Positions 12,101 through 22,183 of a stretch of 44,141 bases of DNA are shown here, piece by piece (the stretch's first letter is position 1; each line of letters begins with the position of its first letter). The stretch lies in assembly GCA_002633005.1 (NCBI GenBank), contig NMRA01000251.1, positions 379,901-424,041 of the forward strand, given 5' to 3'. Made by a program: the position numbers and the translations under genes. Below the pieces are notes generated by a model that was not told the origin of the DNA, searched no databases, and saw only the letters and a program-made list of their open reading frames with translations. This DNA is from Phoronis australis. Lineage: Eukaryota; Animalia; Phoronida.

Positions 12101-15100
12101 GATGCACAATTCGCGGGCCTGAACCCAGTGGCCCCACTTTTTTAGTCGTCGTTGATTTTTTTTTCGATAAAAGGTCCGCATACCGAAAAATTCGAGCCCC
12201 CCTATATTTCAGGCTGGGTGCGCGCATGTTTAGCGACCACTTTAAGGGAAAGATGTGAAGTAGGCTACGTTTCATCACATTTGCGTTTTTGAGGTGTGAT
12301 AATCTGAACAACGAGGTCTACACAATCAGCAAGGAATACAACATTGCCTGTCTTCCAGATAACCGTGAAGAATGTGGACAAATCAACACCAGGTGTTCGA
12401 GCGACGTCTGAACTCAATGCTCGCTTAGTCATGGTAGGGTTGCAGCTGGACAAGGAAAAAGAAATGAAGCATATGGGGATGGGAACAACTCCGCCCTCTA
12501 AAGGCAAAGAGACAAGTGAACGACCAAAGGAAGGAGAGAAGAAGCGAGAGACAAGAGCCATAGAACAAAAACCTGAAGGAAACAAGAAACCAGAAGAGAG
12601 TTCGGAGACAAAAGAGAATTACGAACTCCGCAATGGCAAATTGAAGAAAATGGCGTGCAAACGACTATCTCTTCAAATGATGCAGCCTCTTCAGGTCTTT
12701 TACAGCACCAAAGGTACAAATTTCAAAACTTTTGTCTTCGACGTGTTTTCATTTCGGTGGGTGAAACTATAGATTTCTGTGTTAAATGATTACTACGTGT
12801 TCCAGTACCCGAAACCACTCGAGACTTAGGCTTCAAATTGATGACTGGAAGAGTGCCATGCGGCAAATGCATATTTTTTAAAGTCCTCTTTTGTTATTCG
12901 AGTCAAGTTCTCCAGTACGCCGTATCCAGGACATTGTTTTGGAGGCAAAAATAAAACACGAGAAGCATGAAGCACAGAAAGTTAATGTACACAATTTATA
13001 TTCAGGTTTTTGATTGTTCCAGAGCTGTCGGACAAAAGCGTTTGGACCATCGACGATGCCATGCTGGATAAGGTCAAAGTTCATTGCCGTTGTAAAGAAT
13101 GTCACAGTAAGTTTCAGTGAGACGGCAAGGGCTAAAACTATCGCAAGAATACGTGACGGAGTGAAAGGAGCAAATAAAGACCGAATACGACATAGGTGTT
13201 AGTGTACTTGAGAATCATGAACCGACGGAAATTTTCTCCTTCTTACTTTTTTGAAATAATACACAATCCTCCATTCTTAATCACCCATTATTCATTCCTT
13301 TGAATGTAAATTTGTAATTTGTTATAAAATTGTCGCCTTTGAGGTGAATTATGGTATTATACACCACAATGGAACACTACCAGGCTGTTTGTTTGTGGTC
13401 AGCAGTGATAAGCCAAAACTGAGGCACACTTTTTCTGGAGGTTCTAAGAAAATTCATCCCGTTCGCAGAAGGTAAGCTGATCTTCGCCTTGAACCCACTG
13501 AACGAATTAGATGACAAAGACTACTGCAACAATTTCGCCGAAATCGACGTCAACATCACGTGTCCGGAAGGTAGCAAGGAAGGCAAACCTGAAATGCAAC
13601 AAAACGGTGGCAAAGAGGCCAGCGGTGGCAAAGAACAAAGTGGCGGCAAAGAGCAAAATCAGCCTCCGTCCGGTGGTGCACAAAGTAAGAACACATGCCT
13701 GTTGCTTGATGCCCACTAAAGCAACATGTTTACTCCAAACTACGCGTGAAAGCTCACAACCAACTGTGATGAATTTAAAACATTGATATTTGAAGAATCC
13801 TACATGTAATAACATTCACCATTTTAAAAGCGATCAGTTTGACACGTTTAAGAAACATCGGGATTATATCACGTTTTCAGCGTCCGATCTACCATGAACC
13901 AAGCATTTTCTTTTCGAAATTTGGTTGTAATCTCCTACAAAGTCCAAATCGCCATTAAGTTTTCAAGTTCTGCAGATAGCTACAGTGTGAGCTGGTGGAA
14001 CTAAAAATCCCAATCCATCCTTAGACAAAGCTATTACGTCACGCTAGGACCAACTGTGCGCTAGGATCTTCCCAAAATCTAGCCAAAATGACCTGTTCTC
14101 ATTTTAAATACAGGGCAATATCCCACGTTTTCTCGCAGTCTTACATTTTAGCGAAGTCCGAGCGTTACTGAACTTTACTCAGCACCTGGAGGCGTGATGG
14201 TTAAGGCCAAATATAATTAACATTTCAGGCAGACCAAAGCGGGAAGCAAAGGACCCGCGACAAGCCACAGGCGCACAAAGATCTTGGGAGAAACCTAAAG
14301 ACATGCCAGATGCTGGAAAAGAAGGAAGTATGGGGAAACCTGGTGAGAGAGACGCTGGCATGAGGGTGATAATCAACCCACTGCAGAACGGTCATGAAGC
14401 CTGGGTGCGGGTGGATTCTCCTGAAGTCAATAGATGGATGTCAGTATCAGTAAGTAGCCTATTGGGTCAGGTACTCAGTCATTCCGACAAGGCTATATCT
14501 TTTCGATTTGGTAGGGAAACATGTGTAAACAATAAACATCCAATAATTGTAGATTCAACATTACAGTCCATAGGTGTGTTTGGAAGTCAATAGAACTTAA
14601 CCTAACATTCATCCACACGGCCTTGATGTTGCCCTTTACACGGTTATAGATTTGTGGGACATCTGCAATGGATTGTGGGACACCGATGTTCCATGCAGAA
14701 TGAAGTCAACCTATGGAAGTATAGAAAATATACCACACATTTCCTGCCAATTCAATTGTCACAATTCTATAACCATAGAATGGTGCACTTTTCTATTCCC
14801 TGTAAACATGTAGTTAGGTTGTCAAGCATGTTTCATTGAAAAGTGGGCACGTCATGAAGTTGCAGTTTACCACCGCCTTCGCTGGTACCCTCGGCATAAG
14901 CAGATTATACCTTTTGGCGGGAAACAGAGTAACTACGGCCGTTCTTAGTATGCTGTTGGTAATAATTTTAGCTTTCAGCAGTGATCGTTCCATAAAACAA
15001 CCGTGCAACCGTCGTCAAGTCCTGTGCAATTGTTCAAGTTATGTTTCTCCTGTATCAAATCCTGCAAGTCATATTGGTAACAATCTTTGGCCTTCATCGG

Positions 15101-18100
15101 TGTTCTTTTTCGTAAAACAACAGTGTGAACGTCGTAAACTCCTGTGCAATTATCCAATTTATGTTTCTCCTATATTAAATCCTGCAAGTCATCAGGCAAA
15201 ATGAAAATGATTTTATTAAGGTTGACAGTTCTAATAATATCCAAAGTTGAAAATTTCAAGAAGGTTAACAAATTTCGTCGAAATAACTCCGGCGTCGTTA
15301 AAGTTATGCCGAAACCCTGACACCAAATAAAAATAACTCTATATTATTTAAAAATCATACAAGTTTTTCTAAAAATTTGACTGATTTTCACCCACAAGAA
15401 ATGTCAATTTTTAGAAAAATTATTGTGTGGCTTGTCAGTTCTTCCAAGTCTGTTCAAAGACGAGTGAAGAAGCCTACCACGTAGGTCCCGGAAAAATAAT
15501 AAGTCCGCTCCAAGCTCTGTTTCTAGAGACAAAAAGAAACGTGTAAAGTGAAATTATATAATTAATTATGACAGAATTACAATGCAAAGAAATACAGTAA
15601 CACGTGTTTATCTTGACCGCAGTTGGACATGTCTGGCTCTATGGAGTGGCGGGATGTCGATCGGTTTGGTAAGATGGGAATGGCAATCGTTGAAACAAAG
15701 CTTTACATGCTGGAGAGATACATGAACCTGGGACCTGAGGAGATGAAGGCAATCATGTACTTTGTAGACAAAATGGAAACACGTGACCGTGAAGATGATT
15801 TGAACATGGAAAAGCCTCCAGAAGTAAGTTGTGTGCTTTACAGTCGACAGTAATCTTGTTTTAACTGTTTACCGACAAACGCTGATCATGGTGTATAGTT
15901 CGAAATAAAGTTATATCTGCACACATGCGCATTGTGCAGCATTTCAACTTTGGAGAAGTGGCTTAGTTTTTCGGTGAATTGTTTCGTAACACCAACCTCA
16001 AATGCTTAGGCACTAAGGCAAAAACCTTTGTAGTAAACTGTACACCTTTACGTAGTCCCAGAAAGAAAAAGGTAAAGAGATGTCGGAAGAAGCGAAACAA
16101 CTTCGCGACCTTGCTGGAAAGGTTAAGGAGGGCTCCACCAATAACCTCCAACCAGTGCTGGACATGCTGAAGCGTCTCTTGGACCAGAAAAAAGGCGGGA
16201 AAAGTCTGAGCAGTGACGTTATTCTTGCAATATACGAGAATGTGGAGAAGTTGGTGAAGGAGCATGGCGGGAACAAGGAGCTCGAAAAGATCTTTAACGA
16301 CTTGAAGGTGGGTACTTGGTGTTTTGGTCTTTCAACCCGTTAGCAGAATGTCAAGTTTGGCCTTATTTGGATTACCACGACTTCGAATAACTACGTATTC
16401 GTGTTGCGCAAAGTGAGGTTCATAAACCTTTACTCACGTGAGGTGTGTCGCTATCATTTAAAGTGCGTGATTTTTTTCTACAGTTATCGAAATCACATAT
16501 ACTCCTCTAGATATAAGTATTCAATGGGTTTTTCTTACATTGTCTTTGCCTGTTGTCCAAGTAAACATTTCTACAAATACTTACACAGTCACTCGTGCTA
16601 AACGCAAAATCAATGGCATTTTGCATTTTTGTATTATTTCGTCAACAACGCGTTATTTCAAACCATCTTTGGTAATGTGCATTAGGTTATAAGCCTAAAG
16701 ACACCCGAGACCTTGTGTATGATAACAATGTATATGTCTGTATCTGTTAAGCTGGCTCAAGAACGAGAACTGAATCAGGTCATTTATTCTAAGAGAGGTC
16801 GTTCTCATGATATTCGTTACCAATGTGGGGAATCCATTTCCTTTTTTTACTAAAAAGATCAAATCCATCAGCGATTCAAGAAAAACGCTTCAGAGTTTAT
16901 TAAAGTAAGACAACCCTAAATTTGCTAGTTCGAAAATGGTGTATGATTACTTATCATCGACTAATCGATGATAAGTAACACAATTAATTGTGACACTAAA
17001 TTACCTAATACGACTTTTGAATTTTTAGCCAGCTACAGAGCGAAAAAAATGCGGCTATATTTCATGTTGCGTACGTGTGAATGTCTTTGAAAACCCTTCT
17101 TTTTTAGAACTCGACGTCAAGAGAAGAAGAAGCTTGTTTCAGAGAGCAAATGGAGATGGGCAATGTTGGTAAAACACTTTCGTCGGATGACAAAAACAAA
17201 CAATGTCCCGGTTTGATGAACATGGTGAAATCGGTTTCCAAACGTGCATGGGAAGATTGTTCCATGAAACGTAACAGATCCCTAGCTCAAGGGTAAGTAA
17301 GTGGATATTGCTTGTTTTCAAAACATGTCGTCTACGCAAGTGACATAATCGGCAAAAAAAATTAGTTTTCTAAGATCATGCAGCTTCAGAGCGGAATCGA
17401 ACCTAAATTGCTCTGTTGTCGGAGCTAAGTCCCACTCCATAACCGGCAGAATATTTTAAGCGCGTTTAAATGGTAATGTCACCTGCCTTGATTTCAGCGC
17501 ACGTTTGGGAGACAGCGGTGAGAAATGACGTAAAAAGGACAATGCCCCTTTAACAATGGCGCTTTTAAGTGCTGACCAGATTTCAGTGCTCTGCTCTTCT
17601 CTTTCTATGCAAATAAACGGATGATCGGTCTGCCGAGGCTCATTATAATGCCACTTCATTTCCATGAGTACTGCAATTTTATTCAGAATTATTACTAGTA
17701 TTATTATTCTTATTAAATCATTTTCATATTCATCAAAACCACACAAATCATCATCATCATCATCTTCATCGTCGTCGTCATCATCATCATCATCATCTTC
17801 ATCATCGTCATCGTTATCATCATCAAAATCACCATCGCTATCACCACACCACATTGTTGACACTATCGTCATAAACTAAAAATCATCACAACCGTGCGCT
17901 GACTCCAAATTCGGCAAAATATTGAATGTGATTTATAATGTAATGTTCCCTGATTACAGCGATCGCCACAATCGAACAATGCAGATGAAGGATCCAACAC
18001 GCTTGAACAGAACTAAATGTATGGACAACGGGAAGCCAGCGTTCAAGTCCAATGAACTAAAAAATGAATACAAACTGAAATCTCTTCTGAAACTGTACGC

Positions 18101-20334
18101 CAGTGGTTTCGGCATCAAGACCTCCAGATGCGAAGACAAGGTGCCAGAACGCCTAAGCTCTCGTTTCCTGGCGTTGCTCGTCCAAAATGGCGATTCGCAC
18201 ATGTATGTCAAAAACGTTTTGGCGGACATGATGGCAGGTAATGAGCGAAGGTTTTAAGAGCTAAGGTCGTAGCTAGCGTACGTAAATAGATCACTCATGT
18301 GCATAATAGTAAATTTTGGAAAATTACAGTGCATTTAGATGTAGTGTGTTATTTTTTCTCTAACAAAGAATCTCACATTCAGCACGCATTCAACCCACTC
18401 ATGCCAACAACACTGACGAGGACTGTGACCAGAGGGAGGTCTGACAATGCACAGATATACGTGTACACTGTAGGAGATCGACTGTATCTTAACCCCCGTT
18501 CGCAGTAATATACAATTAACGTCAAACAATAGGCCAGTGCCATGAAACAGTCCCAAGTAGGGGCGTATTTGTGGGCTTGTGAAAGTACCGGAAGTCTTTT
18601 CTTATGCTTCCTAAGTCAGTTTTGTCTTTGATAATAATCGAGATTGAACTCTACTTTGAATTCTAAATATTATTGAACATAAGTAGGGTTCTGTATCTTT
18701 TCATGCAACGCCCCTTATTTAAGAACCACATGAAAGTCCCTAGTTATTACAGGCTCAGTTTTTAGTTAATTACTAGAAAATGTTATTAGTCAAAGAGGAT
18801 CACGTAATAAATATTAAAAATGATTGCAAAAATATTAAATTTTTGAGTAAAGAACGAAACAAACACGCAAAAGGTTTAGGAACTTAGTTGAGTCCCTATT
18901 TATTTGGGACAGTTTCATGTAACCAGGCAGACGAATACTTGAATCGCGTGGACCTTTTCAGTATTGATGGGTGGCAACTCAATTTTCACTGCCTTATACT
19001 ATTTCTTACGCCAGTCATTAATGCCTTTCAGAAAAACAGCCATACTGTAACGCAACCGTTGATGATTTCCCCGACATGAAACCGACTCGGAACTTCAGAG
19101 TTTATTGGTCGGGTAAGTTGCCGTCTGGGTCTGTGAGAAAATTGTTACGTCTGTATTTCTGGATTGTCACAATATTGATCGTTTAAATGCACCCAAACCT
19201 TGTGGCCGCGTTCACCGGTATTACTAACTCATAGATCGAGTGATACATTGTAGCGTAGTGGCATCATGAAGTGAAAATGTGTGGGCCAAATGCATCAGAG
19301 GGTCTAAGAAAATGTTAAAAGGATCTTGGGCTTTTGAGTTCCAGTCCTAATTGACCACACTAAGGCATATGGATATTTCTGTTTTGTAGCTCTTAGTTTT
19401 TCACATGGTAAAGGCATGTGCGGTGACTACCGGTAGTGTCCAATCTGAATTTGTACAATTTGTACAGTTTTTAAGCGCTTAGTTAAATTGAACTCTTGAG
19501 GGGATGATCTATGAATTTGTGAGTAGATGCTCACTGAAGGTCATGTTACCATTTTTTCCTGATTGCTTACGTGACCAACTGTCTCAGCTCGACAAACGAC
19601 CTTGGAAACTATCCGATAACCTGTCAATCAAAAGCTGGGCATGCGCACTTGCTGCTTACTCTCGACCTAACCACGAAATCAAGAAGCAGTTTGATTTACT
19701 TTGACAGATTGGGCCCAGTGTTTTTCTGGCCACGATAGCAATTGATTTCTACCGTGAAAAAAGAGTTATCATCAACAAAAATGGTGGTCCCAAACTCTTC
19801 TTTATCCCCATGCCCGTGTAATGGAGAAGTCTGCAGGAGGGTGTTCTAGTTTCCTAATTCTGATCACTAGACTCAGACTTGAAACTTAACCAATGACGTC
19901 GAATGATTATAGTAAAAATTTGTGTGTTTTTATCGGAAGCTTGCCGTACTATTGGTCAATTTTCAAGTTGCGTTTCGAGTACAGATATTTGACCAGACCC
20001 CGAGTCCTGGGTTACACAGAAATGTGCTTTTAACATTTCAGCTGAAGGTACAAAGCTGTACAGCTGTATCAACACCGCACTCGGGTGCCACGGTCTGGAG
20101 AAGAGAACGTGTTGTAAAGTGGTAGCAGTAGTTGACTGTGAGTACTGTCGCCAGGTGAACCACGCGACCTCCAAGCCCGGTGTTGATGGCTGGAAGACTG
20201 GCGGCCCGTTCGGCAATGTAACACCCGAGCGTTGGCTCCGCAGCTCGCAGACTCCGCCGGCGAACTTCGGTGGCAAACCGACTGGAAGGAACTTCGGTAC
20301 CACACCGTCATTTGGCAGCAACAAGAAGGGTTAG
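5933..20334 (+). CDS. Uncharacterised multi-exon gene (gene A), probable secreted precursor, at least ~907 aa, 5' exon(s) unresolved
   Basis: 14 exons with AG/GT boundaries and mutually compatible phases give one stop-free frame of 2723 nt: 5933-6126, 8185-8326, 9304-9408, 10787-10873, 11332-11441, 12359-12713, 13023-13106, 13469-13684, 14229-14449, 15623-15823, 16056-16307, 17108-17292, 17960-18237, 20042-20334 (TAG). Nine N-X-S/T sequons, many Cys, RPKR furin motif. Confidence 0.8.
8185..8326 (+). CDS. Gene A exon DICGKMKLF...YKVDFYVSDSP...TTQSI
   Basis: ttttccag|GAT...ATT G|gtatga; phase 0 to 1. Confidence 0.8.
9304..9408 (+). CDS. Gene A exon DSPVTRANNKS...SVTCGT
   Basis: ctatccag|AT...ACA A|gtaagt; phase 1 to 1. 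Confidence 0.8.
10096..10438 (+). repeat. Old dispersed repeat, copy 2
   Basis: Homologous to 2749-3108. Confidence 0.7.
10787..10873 (+). CDS. Gene A exon RFLLAVAAK...VCGFVNVDCG
   Basis: ctccatag|GA...GGA G|gtatgt; phase 1 to 1. Confidence 0.8.
11332..11441 (+). CDS. Gene A exon EGDFALETAG...VKNPK
   Basis: aatttcag|AG...CCC AAG|gtatat; phase 1 to 0, exactly the phase change needed between the neighbouring exons. Confidence 0.75.
11570..11680. repeat. 22-bp minisatellite, about 5 copies
   Basis: Unit approximately cataaatccgaataatgtctga. Confidence 0.8.
11955..12228 (+). mobile_element. GC-rich MITE family A, full copy
   Basis: Termini catgggtgcacccgg / ctgggtgcgcgcatg; internal aaaaggt/aaaagtcc motifs shared with 24582-24830; no clear TSD. 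Confidence 0.75.
12359..12713 (+). CDS. Gene A exon ITVKNVDK...KKRETRAI...VFYSTK
   Basis: tcttccag|ATA...AAA G|gtacaa; phase 0 to 1; same frame as track ORF 12344..12772. Confidence 0.8.
13023..13106 (+). CDS. Gene A exon ELSDKSVW...HCRCKECH
   Basis: tgttccag|AG...CAC A|gtaagt; phase 1 to 1. Confidence 0.8.
13469..13684 (+). CDS. Gene A exon KGKLIFALNPLNELDDKDYCNN...GGKE repeats
   Basis: gttcgcag|AA...CAA A|gtaaga; phase 1 to 1. Confidence 0.8.
14229..14449 (+). CDS. Gene A exon SRPKREAK...RWMSVS
   Basis: catttcag|GC...TCA|gtaagt; phase 1 to 0. Confidence 0.8.
14993..15192. repeat. Direct duplication of about 80 bp at 120-bp spacing
   Basis: taaaacaa...tcctgtgcaatt...ttatgtttctcct...aaatcctgcaagtcat at 14993-15072 and 15113-15192. 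Confidence 0.8.
15623..15823 (+). CDS. Gene A exon LDMSGSMEW...EKPPE (Met-rich)
   Basis: gaccgcag|TTG...GAA|gtaagt; phase 0 to 0. Confidence 0.85.
16056..16307 (+). CDS. Gene A exon SQKEKGKEM...IFNDLK (helical-looking)
   Basis: ttacgtag|TCC...AAG|gtgggt; phase 0 to 0; an alternative in-frame acceptor starts at 16062. Confidence 0.8.
17108..17292 (+). CDS. Gene A exon NSTSREEEAC...RSLAQG
   Basis: ctttttag|AAC...CAA GG|gtaagt; phase 0 to 2. Confidence 0.8.
17745..17845. repeat. (TCA/TCG)n microsatellite
   Basis: Visible trinucleotide run inside an intron of gene A. Confidence 0.9.
17960..18237 (+). CDS. Gene A exon DRHNRTMQ...LADMMA
   Basis: gattacag|C GAT...GCA G|gtaatg; phase 2 to 1. Confidence 0.8.
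20042..20334 (+). CDS. Gene A terminal exon (6 Cys followed by FG-containing tail)
   Basis: catttcag|CT GAA GGT...AAG GGT TAG; phase 1 start. Confidence 0.8.
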
Positions 20335-20845
20335 TCCACCAAAGAGATCAGCCCCGTGATAAAATACGATCTAGGCATCAATGACTATGTTATGGTAGCT
20401 CTTTGTCTCGTCTTTGTTAAAGTTACATATTTGCAACTAAAAGCGTTTTGAAGATGTTGCGCCACCCTGCGCCGGTATAATTATAGACTCCTTCATTTAG
20501 TTATATCTTCCTACATTCCATATATTAGCCAGTATAATGTATTTTCGTTTAATTCTCTATGTAACTGGATACACTTTATGTTATAATACTTTTGATTTTA
20601 AATTTAAATTCATTTTAATAGAGGTTGTAGGTTGAGAACTTCAATGTATGGACAAACATTCCTCTTGAAACATATTAATCAGGATACCATTCCGTTACAT
20701 TCAAGTCATAGTATACCATCGGAGAGAGAAATCTGTTTTCCCTTTACACGAGCAATCAATCGTCGAACACCTTCAGAGATGTAAACTCACAATGTATATC
20801 AACTATATTTTTCTCTGTCATATTTAATGAATTGTGCATAGGAAC

Positions 20846-21029
20846 CAGGGTCGTAGGAAGCGGGTGTTGGGATGGGCACGTGCCTGTCCACATGTCATTT
20901 TCGGTGTCATTATCGAAACTTTGGTGGCGACGACTAACGGGCAAAATGGTTGCGACTTGGGAATTTTGAAATTTGAGTCGACCAGGCTGCATGGCGAAAG
21001 CGGTAGCAACTGGAGGCACTGCGGCCCTG
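20846..21029 (+). mobile_element. GC-rich MITE family C (caggg.cgtaggaagcggg left end)
   Basis: Termini cagggtcg / cggccctg; the same left end recurs at 39080 and 42880. Confidence 0.5.
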
Positions 21030-21086
21030 AGTACCAGTCTGTGATACATCTGCGTCTTTGCGTAAAGATCAAATAGATCTTATCAA

Positions 21087-21554
21087 CCCGTGTGTAACAA
21101 CACTCGCCACACTGTTCGTTTCTGTAACATATGCATACAAGTACCCTTGCAATGCTCCAAATTTTCCGTTACCCAGTTTCAACAAGAAAATAAAAAAAAC
21201 GCATTTCTTGCTCATTCACTTGCGGTGCGAATAAATGTATTAATTTTGCTTGAAATAATTGTGTAACATTCCGATTTCGTAAAAACTTAAATTCATAGCT
21301 TACGTTGGTGGAGCATGAAATCTTATTTCCAACAAGTTTCGCGATCTGACCGTACTCGATTTTAAAAACTGTATTGTGACAGACAATCGAAGTGTCCTGT
21401 ATTGGAGTTTGAAGAAATTCGCAGTAACGTAATCAGACCAGCCTACGACACACTTTTGTTGGCCCGAGGTGCAACGAAGTGGCTATGACGTCACAGTGAT
21501 TACGGAAGAGAATGACGGGTAGCAATGGATTGAGGTAGTGTTTTTGCACACGGG
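21087..21554. mobile_element. piggyBac-like non-autonomous element
   Basis: TCAA|cccgtgtgtaacaacact ... agtgtttttgcacacggg|TTAA: 18-bp TIR with 2 mismatches, CCC/GGG ends, near-TTAA target duplication. Confidence 0.65.
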
Positions 21555-22026
21555 TTAAATATTTTTGAAGGTTTATTTTTCTTTAATAAATGAAATTTAT
21601 TTCCTCTATTAAGTATTGTGATTTATTTACACTGTTCACTAACCGCGGAACGTTTCTTAAGAAAAATTTAGCGCTGCACTTTATACGTGATTTTACAACT
21701 GCTATTCTCCGCTCTTCGTGGCGGCATCGAACATACCATAGACTATCTATGAACATACATGTAAAGGTCTTGTAATGGTAAAGGAAATATATCCACGTCA
21801 CTGCCTGACCTATTCGGATGTTTAGTGGTGACGTGTCATGTAAATGACGCAATCTGGACCCGGAAATAAGAATAGACGTGCTGTCACACTGCGTCCAAAA
21901 CGTCATAATTACGTCAAAATGACGTCATGTTAAACATTCCTATACAGTGTTGTTGTTCGTATTACTAAATTTTCTTCTCTGTGTGACCTATACAGTATTA
22001 CTTCTGGGTCCACGTCACTGCGTGAC

Positions 22027-22183
22027 CAGCGGCGGACTTGGGGGAGGGAGGGGCAAGGGGGCCCATGCCCACCCCTAAAATTCTCCCATATTCCGTTTGG
22101 CAGTTCGAAAGTGGGAATGAATGACAGGCAAAATCCTGGCTAATATTCTACCCTGCCCCCTTCAACAACAGGATCCGCCCCTG
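22027..22183 (+). mobile_element. GC-rich MITE family B with 5-bp TSD (hAT-like)
   Basis: gtgac|cagcggcgga ... tccgcccctg|gtgac; inverted homolog at 43961-44069. Confidence 0.75.

Noticed and set aside
11853-12311. Overlapping ORFs on both strands
   Set aside because: They coincide with a GC-rich MITE that is poor in stop codons.
8185-13570. Recent bacterial horizontal transfer or contamination as the source of the CARDB-like motifs
   Set aside because: The region is split by several spliceosomal introns and surrounded by animal-type repeats; any transfer would be ancient and cannot be shown here.
17387-17448. Minus-strand B-box-like GGTTCGATTCC (a similar weak case lies near 3145-3160)
   Set aside because: No convincing A box or cloverleaf.
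17456-17879. Poly-Asp and poly-Ser ORFs
   Set aside because: Translations of an intronic (TCA)n microsatellite.
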